A stretch of 27,692 bases of DNA from Candidatus Hydrogenedentota bacterium (GTDB lineage Bacteria; Hydrogenedentota; Hydrogenedentia; Hydrogenedentales; GCA-2746185): assembly GCA_046583315.1 (NCBI GenBank), contig JAYGCN010000096.1:1-27692 (forward strand). Direction: 5' to 3'. The notes under the pieces are model-generated. The model was given only the letters and a program-made list of their open reading frames with translations, had not been told where the DNA came from and did no database searches. Positions 10,829 through 20,164 of the stretch are shown here, in pieces. Within the stretch, counting starts at the first letter, position 1. Every line of letters starts with the position of its first letter. Both the position numbers and the translations under genes were made by a program.

Positions 10829-12913
10829 ATGCGTGATCGCCTTTTTCCAACCCGCCATCTAATTGTATCCCTCTTTTTCTGCCTTTTGCTCCCCCTTTCA
10901 ACGAATGGGCAACAGGTCGGGCGCGGGCTGGGCGCAACACAACCCGTGCAGGCACCCGCCCCTCAACCGGTCGAAATCGATATTGAATCGCCGGAAGAGG
11001 AAGTCCCTCTTGATCCGAAAGTTGAACTTGAGGAGAACAGAATTGAATCGATCATCAGTGCGATGGCTCTTGAGGAGAAAATTTCGCAACTGATGTTTGT
11101 GCGCCTCAACGGGGAATTCACGGTTGATCCACTGGATGTGGAACTGCTGAGCAAGGTTCCGCCGGGCGGGGTGCTTCTCCCATCGATTGGATACGCGGGT
11201 ACAGCAGCGGATCACACAAAGTCGATACAGGTGCTTGCCACACGTACGCCGCACCGTATTCCGTATTTCATTGCGGGTGACGGTTTTGCAACTTCGGATC
11301 GCGCGGGTGCGGACATGAATCGATTCATTCAGCTACCTTCCATGCTGAGCATCAGTGCCGCAGGCATCAACGAGAATACGAAAACCTTGTTCGGTATGAT
11401 TGCAGATGATTTGAATCGTTTGGGGATTAACACCCATTTCGGTCCTTCGCTGAGTTTATCGGGCAGTCTCGAAAATAATGTGACGGGCGTGAACACCTTC
11501 GGCGATCATTCACCAACGACCGCAGCTTTTTCCTCTGAGCTGTACCGGGCATTCGACGAACACAAGGTGCTATGGATGCCAACGGGATTCCCCGGCGGAG
11601 AAATGAATCGGGTGGGAAATCAACCGGCGGTTATGTTGACAGCGGGCAAATATTACATTGAGCGCGACGGGCTACCCTATTTTATGGCGATACGTGATGG
11701 CGCGCCGATGATGCACGTTGGCAACACCTTGGCACCCATGATTGACGGAGCATCACGGCCGTCAAGCGTATCCCGCAAGGTGATAACAACCCTGTTGCGT
11801 GGTTCTCTGGATTATGACGGTCTGGTAATTGCCGGCCCCATTGACTCGACCTATATGTTGTCGAAATACGAACCCGAAACGGCGGCCGCGTTGTCGCTGA
11901 CGGCGGGTGCTGATATGATTTTGTGGAGTCGTATCAGTCCGCAAATATTAAAAGTGATCGCGTTGGTGGCCAATGCGGTTCGAAGCGGTGAAATTGAGGA
12001 GTCACTCATTGACCGTGCCGTAACCCGCGTACTGCGAACGAAGATGCAGTACGGGTTGTTCGAGCCGATTCAGCCGACCAACAAGGATGTGCGGCGTCTG
12101 CAACGCGAGAACAAGAAACAGACGATTACCTATGACATCGAACGCCAGTCCATTACCTTGCTCAAGAATGAGCGAAATGCGCTCCCGATTTCGCGTGAAG
12201 CATCAGCACCGCTACTGCTTACCGGGGTGCTTGAACTTGAGGATATTCGGCGCATTCTAAAGAAAGACCTCAAGTACGTGAACAAATTTGAAGCCAAATC
12301 TGCAAAACACCTTGGTCGCGTCCAGGATTTTGAGTTGAGGCGACTGGCTGATGTCGCAGGTAACGCACGAACGGCGGTGTGCATATTTGATAACCAAATT
12401 GATGCGAAGTCCCAGGCGGAAATGATCGATATTATAAAGAAGAGCGACACGAAGGTTATTGTCGTGTTGCTGGGCCATCCGGCTTCAGTGGAGGCTTACG
12501 ATAAGGCTGACGCAATCTTGCTGACCTATTCCTCGTCGCGCAATTATGGTCACACAATACAGTCCATTATTGATGTTCTACTCGGAAAGGCGCCCATCCG
12601 TGTACTGTCCGCAAAGAAACCCCTGATACGCCGCTGGAATGAGGACATCATCTTCAATGTGCTGGATGTCATCCAGAGTCCGACGGGTCGCTTGCCTATC
12701 GGACTTGCACCGATTTATGAACATGGAGATTCCATCTCGTATCGACCGACGTCGATCAAAAAAGTGCGTTGGGATTTTGGCGATGGCAATGACTCGCGCG
12801 ATGAACAGGTGTCGCATCGTTATGCGGGACCCGGTGATTTTACTGCGACGCTTACCGTCACGGATGTGGACGGTCGTGTGTCTTCGGGAACCTTCCCGAT
12901 TTCCATTCGATAG
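10829..12913 (+). CDS. Secreted GH3/NagZ-fold protein with a C-terminal PKD domain; catalytic motifs degenerate
   Basis: Signal peptide; MALEEKISQL, LLRGSLDYDGLVI, AGADMIL, IDRAVTRVL, SITLLKNERNALP scaffold motifs; WDFGDG...HRY..PG.F..TLTVTD is PKD-like. Confidence 0.85.
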   Translation: MRDRLFPTRHLIVSLFFCLLLPLSTNGQQVGRGLGATQPVQAPAPQPVEIDIESPEEEVPLDPKVELEENRIESIISAMALEEKISQLMFVRLNGEFTVDPLDVELLSKVPPGGVLLPSIGYAGTAADHTKSIQVLATRTPHRIPYFIAGDGFATSDRAGADMNRFIQLPSMLSISAAGINENTKTLFGMIADDLNRLGINTHFGPSLSLSGSLENNVTGVNTFGDHSPTTAAFSSELYRAFDEHKVLWMPTGFPGGEMNRVGNQPAVMLTAGKYYIERDGLPYFMAIRDGAPMMHVGNTLAPMIDGASRPSSVSRKVITTLLRGSLDYDGLVIAGPIDSTYMLSKYEPETAAALSLTAGADMILWSRISPQILKVIALVANAVRSGEIEESLIDRAVTRVLRTKMQYGLFEPIQPTNKDVRRLQRENKKQTITYDIERQSITLLKNERNALPISREASAPLLLTGVLELEDIRRILKKDLKYVNKFEAKSAKHLGRVQDFELRRLADVAGNARTAVCIFDNQIDAKSQAEMIDIIKKSDTKVIVVLLGHPASVEAYDKADAILLTYSSSRNYGHTIQSIIDVLLGKAPIRVLSAKKPLIRRWNEDIIFNVLDVIQSPTGRLPIGLAPIYEHGDSISYRPTSIKKVRWDFGDGNDSRDEQVSHRYAGPGDFTATLTVTDVDGRVSSGTFPISIR

Positions 12914-12944
12914 GCAACGGGCATGACGGAGTCGGGGGTGGCCG

Positions 12945-14030
12945 GTGCTTGACTCGATGACACGTCCAAAATTCCCGAAAGCTTCCATGCGTCGCCTACT
13001 CATGAATTGGTATGGTCGTCAGGCGCGGGATCTTCCCTGGCGCGGCACAACGGATCTTTATTCTGTGTGGATTTCGGAAATCGTGTTGCAGCAAACGCGA
13101 GTGGACCAGGGAACTCCCTATATCCAACGTTTTCTGAAACGATTTCCAACCGTTGAAAAGCTGGCCGGCGCGCGCGAAGATTCCGTGCTGAAACTTTGGG
13201 AAGGGCTGGGCTATTACTCCCGCGCGCGGAATCTTCACAAGGCCGCGCGCATCGTTGTGCGAGAGCGCAATGGTCTTTTCCCTCAGTCGGCCGAAGAATG
13301 GCTGACCTTGCCGGGAGTCGGCCGCTATACGGCGGGCGCCATTGCGAGTATCGCACTGGATGAACGGGTTCCAGTGGTGGATGGAAATGTGAAGCGCGTA
13401 TTGGCGCGCCTTGCGGATTATTCGGAGTCGATCGATACGCCTGTCGCCACGGAACAGTTCTGGACGTGGATGGGGCATCTGGTGGATGGCAAATCACCGG
13501 GAATGTTCAATCAGAGTGTAATGGAGTTGGGTGCAAATGTCTGTACGCCGAGGCGTCCATTGTGTACCGAATGTCCCATTGTTATGTGTTGCGCGGCGTA
13601 CGGCAATGGTACACAGGAGGAGCGCCCGGTGCGCACTCCCAAGAAGAAGGTGCCGCACCATCACATTGTGGTGGCTGCGATTCGTCGTGGTGACCGGTAT
13701 TTATTGGGGAAACGGCCGACGGATGGCTTTCTCGGAGGCCTCTGGGAGTTTCCGGGCGGCAAGGTGGAAGCGGGTGAGTCGCATGAGGAGGCGCTGCATC
13801 GTGAGATAGAGGAGGAACTCGCGATAGGGCTAAAGACGCTGGAGTATCTGACCACGGTGAATCACGCGTATTCTCATTTCAAGATCACGTTGCACGTCTA
13901 CCTGTGCACGGCGTACAAGGGAACACCGAAAAATCGGGTACACACGGAACTGAAATGGGTACAAAAAAAAGGCTTTGGGAAACTCGCGTTTCCCAAAGCC
14001 AATCATAAATTTATGGCTATGCTTCCCTAA
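12945..14030 (+). CDS. mutY: A/G-specific adenine glycosylase MutY with a C-terminal Nudix domain (start 12945 GTG or 12957 ATG)
   Basis: RDLPWR, SEIVLQQT, WEGLGYYSRARNL, HhH LPGVGRYTA, VDGNVKRV, 4Fe-4S motif CTPRRPLCTECPIVMCC, HAYSHF loop. Confidence 0.96.
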   Translation: MLDSMTRPKFPKASMRRLLMNWYGRQARDLPWRGTTDLYSVWISEIVLQQTRVDQGTPYIQRFLKRFPTVEKLAGAREDSVLKLWEGLGYYSRARNLHKAARIVVRERNGLFPQSAEEWLTLPGVGRYTAGAIASIALDERVPVVDGNVKRVLARLADYSESIDTPVATEQFWTWMGHLVDGKSPGMFNQSVMELGANVCTPRRPLCTECPIVMCCAAYGNGTQEERPVRTPKKKVPHHHIVVAAIRRGDRYLLGKRPTDGFLGGLWEFPGGKVEAGESHEEALHREIEEELAIGLKTLEYLTTVNHAYSHFKITLHVYLCTAYKGTPKNRVHTELKWVQKKGFGKLAFPKANHKFMAMLP

Positions 14031-14040
14031 GGGCGACTCT

Positions 14041-14736
14041 CTACTGGATATCGACAAGTTCAATGTCGAAGAGTAATGCCGTGCCACCGGGAATGCCCCG
14101 ATTGCCTTGCTCACCGTAGGCGAGTTCGTAGGGAATGAAAAGCTTCCATTTCGCACCGACCTTCATCAGTTGAAGGGCTTCAGTCCAACCAGCGATGACG
14201 CGTGTGACTGGAAAGGATGATGGCTCGCCACGAGAGTAGGAGCTATCAAATTCTTCACCATTGAGGAAGGTGCCACGGTAGTGGGCGATAACGGTATCGG
14301 AGGCGACGGGTGTTTTGCCGGTGCCTTTTTCGATGACTTCGTATTGCAGTCCGCTGGGTAACACGGTCACGCCATCGCGTTTTGCGTTGTCGGCGAGAAA
14401 GTCTATACCCTCATCCTTGTTTTTCGATGCGGCCTCGGCGGCTACGGCTTGTTGTATTTCCCCTAAAGCGCTCCGAAAGGCCGTCATGGCGACTTGACAC
14501 TCTTGTTCCGTATATGCACGCTCTTTACCGGTGCGTGCATCTTCGAATCCTTTCATAAACGAGTCCAAATCAAAGAGGTCTCCGGCATCCTTCAAGCTCC
14601 CGCCGAATTGTTGACCAATGGCGTAACCAGTCAATTTCAGATCGGGTTTCGGTGCATCGTCTTGTGCGACGGCGGTAATCGAGGTGATCGCGATCGTCAC
14701 GGCAAGCGTAAATTGTTTTGTTACTGAATACTTCAT
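14041..14736 (-). CDS. FKBP-type peptidyl-prolyl isomerase (FkpA/Mip/FklB-like), with signal peptide
   Basis: YAIG N-terminal domain, LPSGLQYEV, HYRGT, FDSSY, VIAGWTEAL, IPYELAYG, LLFDIEL. Confidence 0.95.
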   Translation of the reverse strand: MKYSVTKQFTLAVTIAITSITAVAQDDAPKPDLKLTGYAIGQQFGGSLKDAGDLFDLDSFMKGFEDARTGKERAYTEQECQVAMTAFRSALGEIQQAVAAEAASKNKDEGIDFLADNAKRDGVTVLPSGLQYEVIEKGTGKTPVASDTVIAHYRGTFLNGEEFDSSYSRGEPSSFPVTRVIAGWTEALQLMKVGAKWKLFIPYELAYGEQGNRGIPGGTALLFDIELVDIQ

Positions 14737-14831
14737 GAATCATCCTTTCAACGAATGGTAGACAAACCGACCCAAATCAGCCCATGTAATCGGCATAAAG
14801 AAACGAGAAGAATATCGATTTCTGACGCGGA

Positions 14832-15545
14832 TTACAACTTAATCGTCTCGAAGAGTAGTCGGATATGGGCCGCGTTCTGCCCGAAATCGCCTTTACCCAT
14901 TCGTGATCGAGAACGCATGTCCACCACGCACCCACCGCTGTTTGCACTTTCAATCCGAATGACGAAATCGTCGACAAATCCGAATACTTCGGAAGTGACG
15001 ATCCCTTCGAGTACGATTTCCTTGGTTGAGATGTCGGTAGAAAGTGTCTTCCAATTGGAAAGTCCGTTCACGGCATTGAGCGTGGCCATGTGTACATCGT
15101 CAATGGTGTGGTTCAGTGCGAGTGGCATCAGGTCGCCGTATTCACTTTCGATCACGTCTTCGAATTCTGCGGGGAAGTTCATTTCCAATCCTTCGTTTTC
15201 GGGAAGGGTCAGCGCGTGGATAAATTGAGGAGGATAGACCAGATCGGTGGTCACATCGTTGATCATGGGATACTGACGACCACTGATAGCACTGTAAATC
15301 AGCATGGCTGCGGGAATCAGGCCCATCACCAGGACGGCCGTTCTGGGTTGCGCGCCATTTCGGGCGAGGTCGATAAGACCTGCGAGGGAGATGATTACAC
15401 CGCCAAGCATACCCAGGACAAAAAGTCCAAACGCCGGGCCAGACCCAAGCAGGCGAAAGTATCCGCCAGCAATGCCTCCACAGAACGCGCTGATCGTTAG
15501 TATTCCGCCCAGTATATAAATCCAAACTGCTATTCGTGTTGCCAT
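14832..15545 (-). CDS. DUF1499 domain membrane protein
   Basis: Three N-terminal TM segments, P.INDVTTD, FGFVDDFVIRI, VDMRSRSRMGKGDFGQNAAHI; start moved to ATG 15545 to avoid overlap with the divergent gene. Confidence 0.85.
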   Translation of the reverse strand: MATRIAVWIYILGGILTISAFCGGIAGGYFRLLGSGPAFGLFVLGMLGGVIISLAGLIDLARNGAQPRTAVLVMGLIPAAMLIYSAISGRQYPMINDVTTDLVYPPQFIHALTLPENEGLEMNFPAEFEDVIESEYGDLMPLALNHTIDDVHMATLNAVNGLSNWKTLSTDISTKEIVLEGIVTSEVFGFVDDFVIRIESANSGGCVVDMRSRSRMGKGDFGQNAAHIRLLFETIKL

Positions 15546-15678
15546 GTTCGCGATTCTCCCACCGTTTTCATCCCATTCTAACAGGAATATTTGTCGACCG
15601 CGAAGTTTAGCTACGGTTTCACGATTCATGTATACTATTGACCAGTAGGGGGTCAGTCGAACCGGACGGGGATAGGGC

Positions 15679-17775
15679 ATGGACAATGCGTTGCTTGCCA
15701 AACAGCTAGATATCGTAAAAAATACGCCGCCGGGCGAGAGTGTTGCTTTTACAGTGGAGGGCGCGGGGATATTGCGCGCCTTCGTAAGAGCACGTGGGAC
15801 GCGAGACGATATCAGCGCCGGGGAATCGGCACTTCACAGAAAGATCGGTGGGCTTTTGTCCACATGGGAAGCCTCAGGGCCCGAGGTCAGGTCGACGCCT
15901 CCGATGCCGGGCAAAGAAAAACGCACGCAGCTCATGTTGCGCGGTGCCATTGATAAGGTTCTCAATGAACAATTCTCCGAAGTCACCGAAGAGGAGGTCA
16001 AGTTGCTTCATGCGACTTATGACGTATTCTCGAAACGGTGTGACAACGATCCTGACTCAAATCCGCGCCTTGTCGGGATGCTCAAGTCTACGCTGGACAC
16101 TCTGGCGGCCAATGAAGACAAATTACAGATAGGTAACGACGACACCTCTGTGTTCGACACGACCTCTGCAACGAACGGCGCGGCAACTTCGGTACCGATC
16201 GCGAACACGATAATGGCGGACGACGCATTCACGAATATCCAGCGTTCGAGTATTACCGTTATTGATGAAGTCAATATCGACCTAAATGTCCGGATATTCG
16301 AATATACGGGCGGCACCTCCATTTCGGGAGATGTTCCGAGTGATGTTCTGGTCAAGGTGATCGACGGCGGCATCGTGGTCTCTGGATTCGTCGCGGGCTA
16401 TCTTGTCGCGGATGGAGATATCGAGATTGGCGGCAATATTCAGGGCGGCGGAGCCATCTCCAATTCCGGCTCGATAACGCTTGAGCACTCATTGATGGGT
16501 GCAGCCCTGGTCGCCAAGCGAGGCAGTATCACATGCAATCATCTTGAGTCTCCCGAGCGGGTTTTCGCCTGGGAAACGCTGAAGGTCAACGGCCCTTGTA
16601 TGGACGCCACCATCACCGCAGGCGCGATACAGATAGCGGGTAGTGTGACTGCCGCGAATCTCAATTCGTGCGGACACATCACGTGTGAGGGGCTCAGCGT
16701 CAGTAGTCGATCGGCTACGGTCGTTTATTTGGCCGACCACATCAAATGCGATGCCTACAGCCGGGGCATGGCGGATGAGTTGGATAATTCATATCGCGAT
16801 ATCGGCACATTGACAAAAAAGATTGCCGAGATTGAGGAGATGGATCGATTTACGCTTCGTCTGATTCACAATACCTATCGCACAGCGTTGTACTATTTGC
16901 TCGGAGGCATACAAAGCGCTTCGGGGGCTACGAATCTTCAGGGTAAACAACTGCGTAAACTATATGTGGGCCAACTGATTAGTGTGGTAGAAGGCATTAC
17001 AAAATTTTACACCGATGCGCACGAGTATCCCGAGGAATACGGCGAGGAAAGCGTGAACAATTTTGATGAGCAGATGACGAGCACGCGCGAGCGCATCAAG
17101 ATTGAAATAGAAGCATTGCCAGAAGATGTAGGGACGAACCATCGTCGGGTTCTTCTCGAGCGAACAAGCCAGATAAGACATTTGGCAAAGATTGTACATC
17201 GCGAATTCGTTGAGGAAAAGGCGACTACGGCGCTTGGCTCAATGGTGGCGAATGCACGAAATAGTTGGCGGACGGAGTATGAACAAACAGACAGGGAGTT
17301 GCGTGAGTTGGTACAGAGTTTCGGGGTTGACAAGAAGTTGCTCGACCGCATTGAACATGAGCCTGAAACTTTGGAGCAGTTGCTTGTTGAAATCATCGAG
17401 GAAAAAAAGGGGGGTGGTTCTGCGGACGACCAGCAGCGTCTCGAATCGCCGCTGGTTCGACTGCTCCGAACAACGGCTGATCGTTACAAGCGCACGATCG
17501 AGAAAAACATGGATACGATTGTCGATACTCGCAAAAAACTGAGTGATGCGGCACGGAGACTTGATGAGGAAGCGGCGGTGAAGTTCGCAGATAAAGTGCC
17601 AGGGGCAGCATCGGTTGAGGCCTCGCATTTTGGCGCGGGCGTGGTGATTACGGCCTCTCCTGTGTCGCGCAGGGGAATGGACACGACGATCGCCAAGGTG
17701 ATCGTGATTGCCAAGGAAATTAATAGTCCCACCCGCTTCGATTTACGTAGCAAGTTGATTCCACGCCAGGTGTAG
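15679..17775 (+). CDS. Atypical FapA/DUF342-like beta-solenoid protein with a long helical insertion
   Basis: Gly/Val/Ile-rich short-period repeats (ISGDV, VVSGFV, ADGDIEIGGNI) at about aa 190-350, a charged helical region, then closing strands (HFGAGVVIT). The coding call is solid; the family call is by eye. Confidence 0.6.
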   Translation: MDNALLAKQLDIVKNTPPGESVAFTVEGAGILRAFVRARGTRDDISAGESALHRKIGGLLSTWEASGPEVRSTPPMPGKEKRTQLMLRGAIDKVLNEQFSEVTEEEVKLLHATYDVFSKRCDNDPDSNPRLVGMLKSTLDTLAANEDKLQIGNDDTSVFDTTSATNGAATSVPIANTIMADDAFTNIQRSSITVIDEVNIDLNVRIFEYTGGTSISGDVPSDVLVKVIDGGIVVSGFVAGYLVADGDIEIGGNIQGGGAISNSGSITLEHSLMGAALVAKRGSITCNHLESPERVFAWETLKVNGPCMDATITAGAIQIAGSVTAANLNSCGHITCEGLSVSSRSATVVYLADHIKCDAYSRGMADELDNSYRDIGTLTKKIAEIEEMDRFTLRLIHNTYRTALYYLLGGIQSASGATNLQGKQLRKLYVGQLISVVEGITKFYTDAHEYPEEYGEESVNNFDEQMTSTRERIKIEIEALPEDVGTNHRRVLLERTSQIRHLAKIVHREFVEEKATTALGSMVANARNSWRTEYEQTDRELRELVQSFGVDKKLLDRIEHEPETLEQLLVEIIEEKKGGGSADDQQRLESPLVRLLRTTADRYKRTIEKNMDTIVDTRKKLSDAARRLDEEAAVKFADKVPGAASVEASHFGAGVVITASPVSRRGMDTTIAKVIVIAKEINSPTRFDLRSKLIPRQV

Positions 17776-17783
17776 CCGAGCGA

Positions 17784-18776
17784 CTACGGAACTTGGGCCA
17801 GTGCTGCCAGCAATCCTTCGTGCAGCAAACCGTTGCTCGCGCACACTCCACTGTTTTGGGCCAAGGTTTTGCCTTGGGAGAAGTCCAGATCTTTTCCCGA
17901 GAGATCGGTGATCCGACCGCCCGCTTCTTCGATGACGATTGAGCCGGCCGCCTGATCCCAAATCATTTCGCGATAGTCGGGGCGGGATGAGGACAACAAT
18001 CGGAGCAGGGCCTCTCCTCCACCGCATGCGAGCACGGCGTATTTCGCCTGACTGTCGAGGCGAACGGGGTCGGCTTTAATTTTCAGTGCCTCTACAAGCT
18101 CGCCCATGCGTCCCGTGTTGGTGTGGCCGGATTCGACGGACCGCAGTAGTCGCGCATCGGGCATACTTTCCGTTTTGGAAACGTGGCATTGTTCGAGCGC
18201 GGTGGGATCGTCCATCGATGCGCGATAGCAGCCTTCGCCGCGTTGGGCGATCATGACGAGTCCGAAGGGTTTTCCCTCGACGGTCGCATCGAGCCCCAGG
18301 TTTGGGCATACGAGAACGCCGAGTTGAACCTGACCGGATTCGATAAGCGCGAGGGCGACGGCGTATTGCTCGCCGCGCAGGTAGCCTTTGGTGCCGTCGA
18401 TGGGGTCGACGGTCCAGAAGCGTTCGCCGGGTTCTCCGTTCCCGCGGTCAATCCATTCGCATACGGATTCATCCCTTGCGTCGGGAACGATTTGTTTGAC
18501 GAATGAGGTTACACTTGCCAGGACTTCGGCCTGCTCGGGTTCTTGCAAAACGGCGGAATCTTCTTCGCCAACGAGTACGGCATCCGGAAATTGCTGCTGT
18601 AAAGCGCGTGCAACGATGGCCTGACAGGTGAAGTCGGCGACAGTCACGGGGGATAGATCTTTTTTCTCGACGCCGGTCACCTTCATGCTTTCTTGAATGG
18701 TCTGGGCGATACGTCCTGCGGCGCATGCGCTTTCGAGGGCGAATTTTATTTCAGGTTGTTGCGTGTCGATGGACAT
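17784..18776 (-). CDS. 3'(2'),5'-bisphosphate nucleotidase, HAL2/SAL1 type (FIG superfamily)
   Basis: KDLSPVTVADF, GEEDS, FWTVDPIDGTKGYLRGEQYAV, DSQAKY, REMIWDQAAG; the real start is most likely ATG 18776, since the longer ORF overlaps ftsA. Confidence 0.92.
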   Translation of the reverse strand: MSIDTQQPEIKFALESACAAGRIAQTIQESMKVTGVEKKDLSPVTVADFTCQAIVARALQQQFPDAVLVGEEDSAVLQEPEQAEVLASVTSFVKQIVPDARDESVCEWIDRGNGEPGERFWTVDPIDGTKGYLRGEQYAVALALIESGQVQLGVLVCPNLGLDATVEGKPFGLVMIAQRGEGCYRASMDDPTALEQCHVSKTESMPDARLLRSVESGHTNTGRMGELVEALKIKADPVRLDSQAKYAVLACGGGEALLRLLSSSRPDYREMIWDQAAGSIVIEEAGGRITDLSGKDLDFSQGKTLAQNSGVCASNGLLHEGLLAALAQVP

Positions 18777-18828
18777 ACTAATCCTGTTTCTTCGGTGATT
18801 ATTTCGTTTGACGGGATTTTCTGATGCC

Positions 18829-20109
18829 TTATAAAAAGTATTTCCGAAATGCCTGACCGATTCGTTTCGCGCCATGGGCGACTGGTCCGCGCAATGAGAT
18901 GCGTCCGCTGCGGGTCGCGGTACGATAGTCAAAGCCATGCCGGGCAACGCCGATGACACCCGAAAATTCCGGCCGTTTGGCTTGTGTTGGTAAAATTTCA
19001 ATGCCGGTGGGAATGCCTGCGCGGCAAGGTACCTGATACACCGATTCGGCCAGTTTAACATAATTTTTGATGGAAGCGACACCGCCCGTGAGGACAAGCC
19101 CGCGAATAAGATGTTTGTCGAGTCCCCGCGTTGTCAGGTATTGGGCCGATTTTTTCAGTAGCTCCTGGGCGCGTTCGTAAATAATCATGTCGAGATCGTT
19201 GCGTTCTACAATGGAACTGGCTCCTTGTACCGATGTTTTCAGTTTTATGGGTGCCATCTCGTTGCGAATGATTCGGGTCACGCCTTCCTGGGTATTGTCC
19301 ATGGAAGCAAGATACTCGTCTGATATTCCGTATTCCAGAATGAGGTCATCGGCCTCCTCGAAAGAGACTTGCAGGCCCGCAGCGACGTCGCGCGTGAGAT
19401 GATAACCGCCCCATTCGAAACAGGCTGTGCCCATGATGCGGCGATCGCGAAATACGGAGAGGCCGGTGGTAGCACGGCCCATATCGAGAACGGCCACACC
19501 CAGTTCACGATCTTCCGGAGTGAGACAGCCTGTCGCAGAGGCCAGCGGAAGGAAAATGATGTCTTCGAGTTCGCGGCGTTGGGATTCAATGCAGCGTACA
19601 ATATTGTCTTCGATAACGGAGGGGATGCGCGCGAAGTGCACACGGGTTTTCAGGACTTGCCCGCCAATTCCGAGAGGATCGATAACGCGCAAATCGTCTA
19701 CGTACCACTCTTGTGCGGCGATGGAGGAAACGATGCGTTTTCCGGCCTGAAGGATGTCGCGTGAGGCTAGATCTTGTGCTTCATCGAGATGATCTTGTTC
19801 GACGACTTCGCGTTCGAGCTTTACGTAGCCTTCGCGAATGAAGGTTTCGACGTTACGGCCATTGATTCCGCAGAAGAGAGAGGTCACATGAATTCGCGCT
19901 TCGATTTCCGCATCGCTCAGCGCGGATTTTAGCGCGACTTGCGCAGCATTCAAATCCTGAATCACCCCTTGCGACACGCACCCTCTGCCCGGAGCCGTGC
20001 CGTGTCCGACGATTTGGATGGACCCGTCGTCATCTTTTCGTGCGATGACAACACGGACTTCGCGTGAACCAAAGTCCACAGCACCTACAATTTCACTGCG
20101 ATTTCGCAC
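18829..20109 (-). CDS. ftsA: FtsA-family actin-like protein (divergent)
   Basis: AVDFGS, G.V..GVI.DL, LTPEDRELGVAVLDMG, GG.HLTRDVA, GLVLTGG, C-terminal amphipathic helix AKRIGQAFRKYFL; GAGGGGG upstream of the GTG. Confidence 0.92.
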   Translation of the reverse strand: MRNRSEIVGAVDFGSREVRVVIARKDDDGSIQIVGHGTAPGRGCVSQGVIQDLNAAQVALKSALSDAEIEARIHVTSLFCGINGRNVETFIREGYVKLEREVVEQDHLDEAQDLASRDILQAGKRIVSSIAAQEWYVDDLRVIDPLGIGGQVLKTRVHFARIPSVIEDNIVRCIESQRRELEDIIFLPLASATGCLTPEDRELGVAVLDMGRATTGLSVFRDRRIMGTACFEWGGYHLTRDVAAGLQVSFEEADDLILEYGISDEYLASMDNTQEGVTRIIRNEMAPIKLKTSVQGASSIVERNDLDMIIYERAQELLKKSAQYLTTRGLDKHLIRGLVLTGGVASIKNYVKLAESVYQVPCRAGIPTGIEILPTQAKRPEFSGVIGVARHGFDYRTATRSGRISLRGPVAHGAKRIGQAFRKYFL

Positions 20110-20164
20110 CGTTCGTTCCCCCTCTATCGTTTACGCGATAGGTATGTACCGTGTTCGTGGACCG

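Noticed and set aside
15546..15701. N-terminal extension of the DUF1499 ORF
   Set aside because: Covers the divergent intergenic region and overlaps the next gene; the hydrophobic sequence begins at ATG 15545
18777..19097. N-terminal extension of the nucleotidase ORF
   Set aside because: Overlaps ftsA in another frame; homology begins at MSIDTQQ
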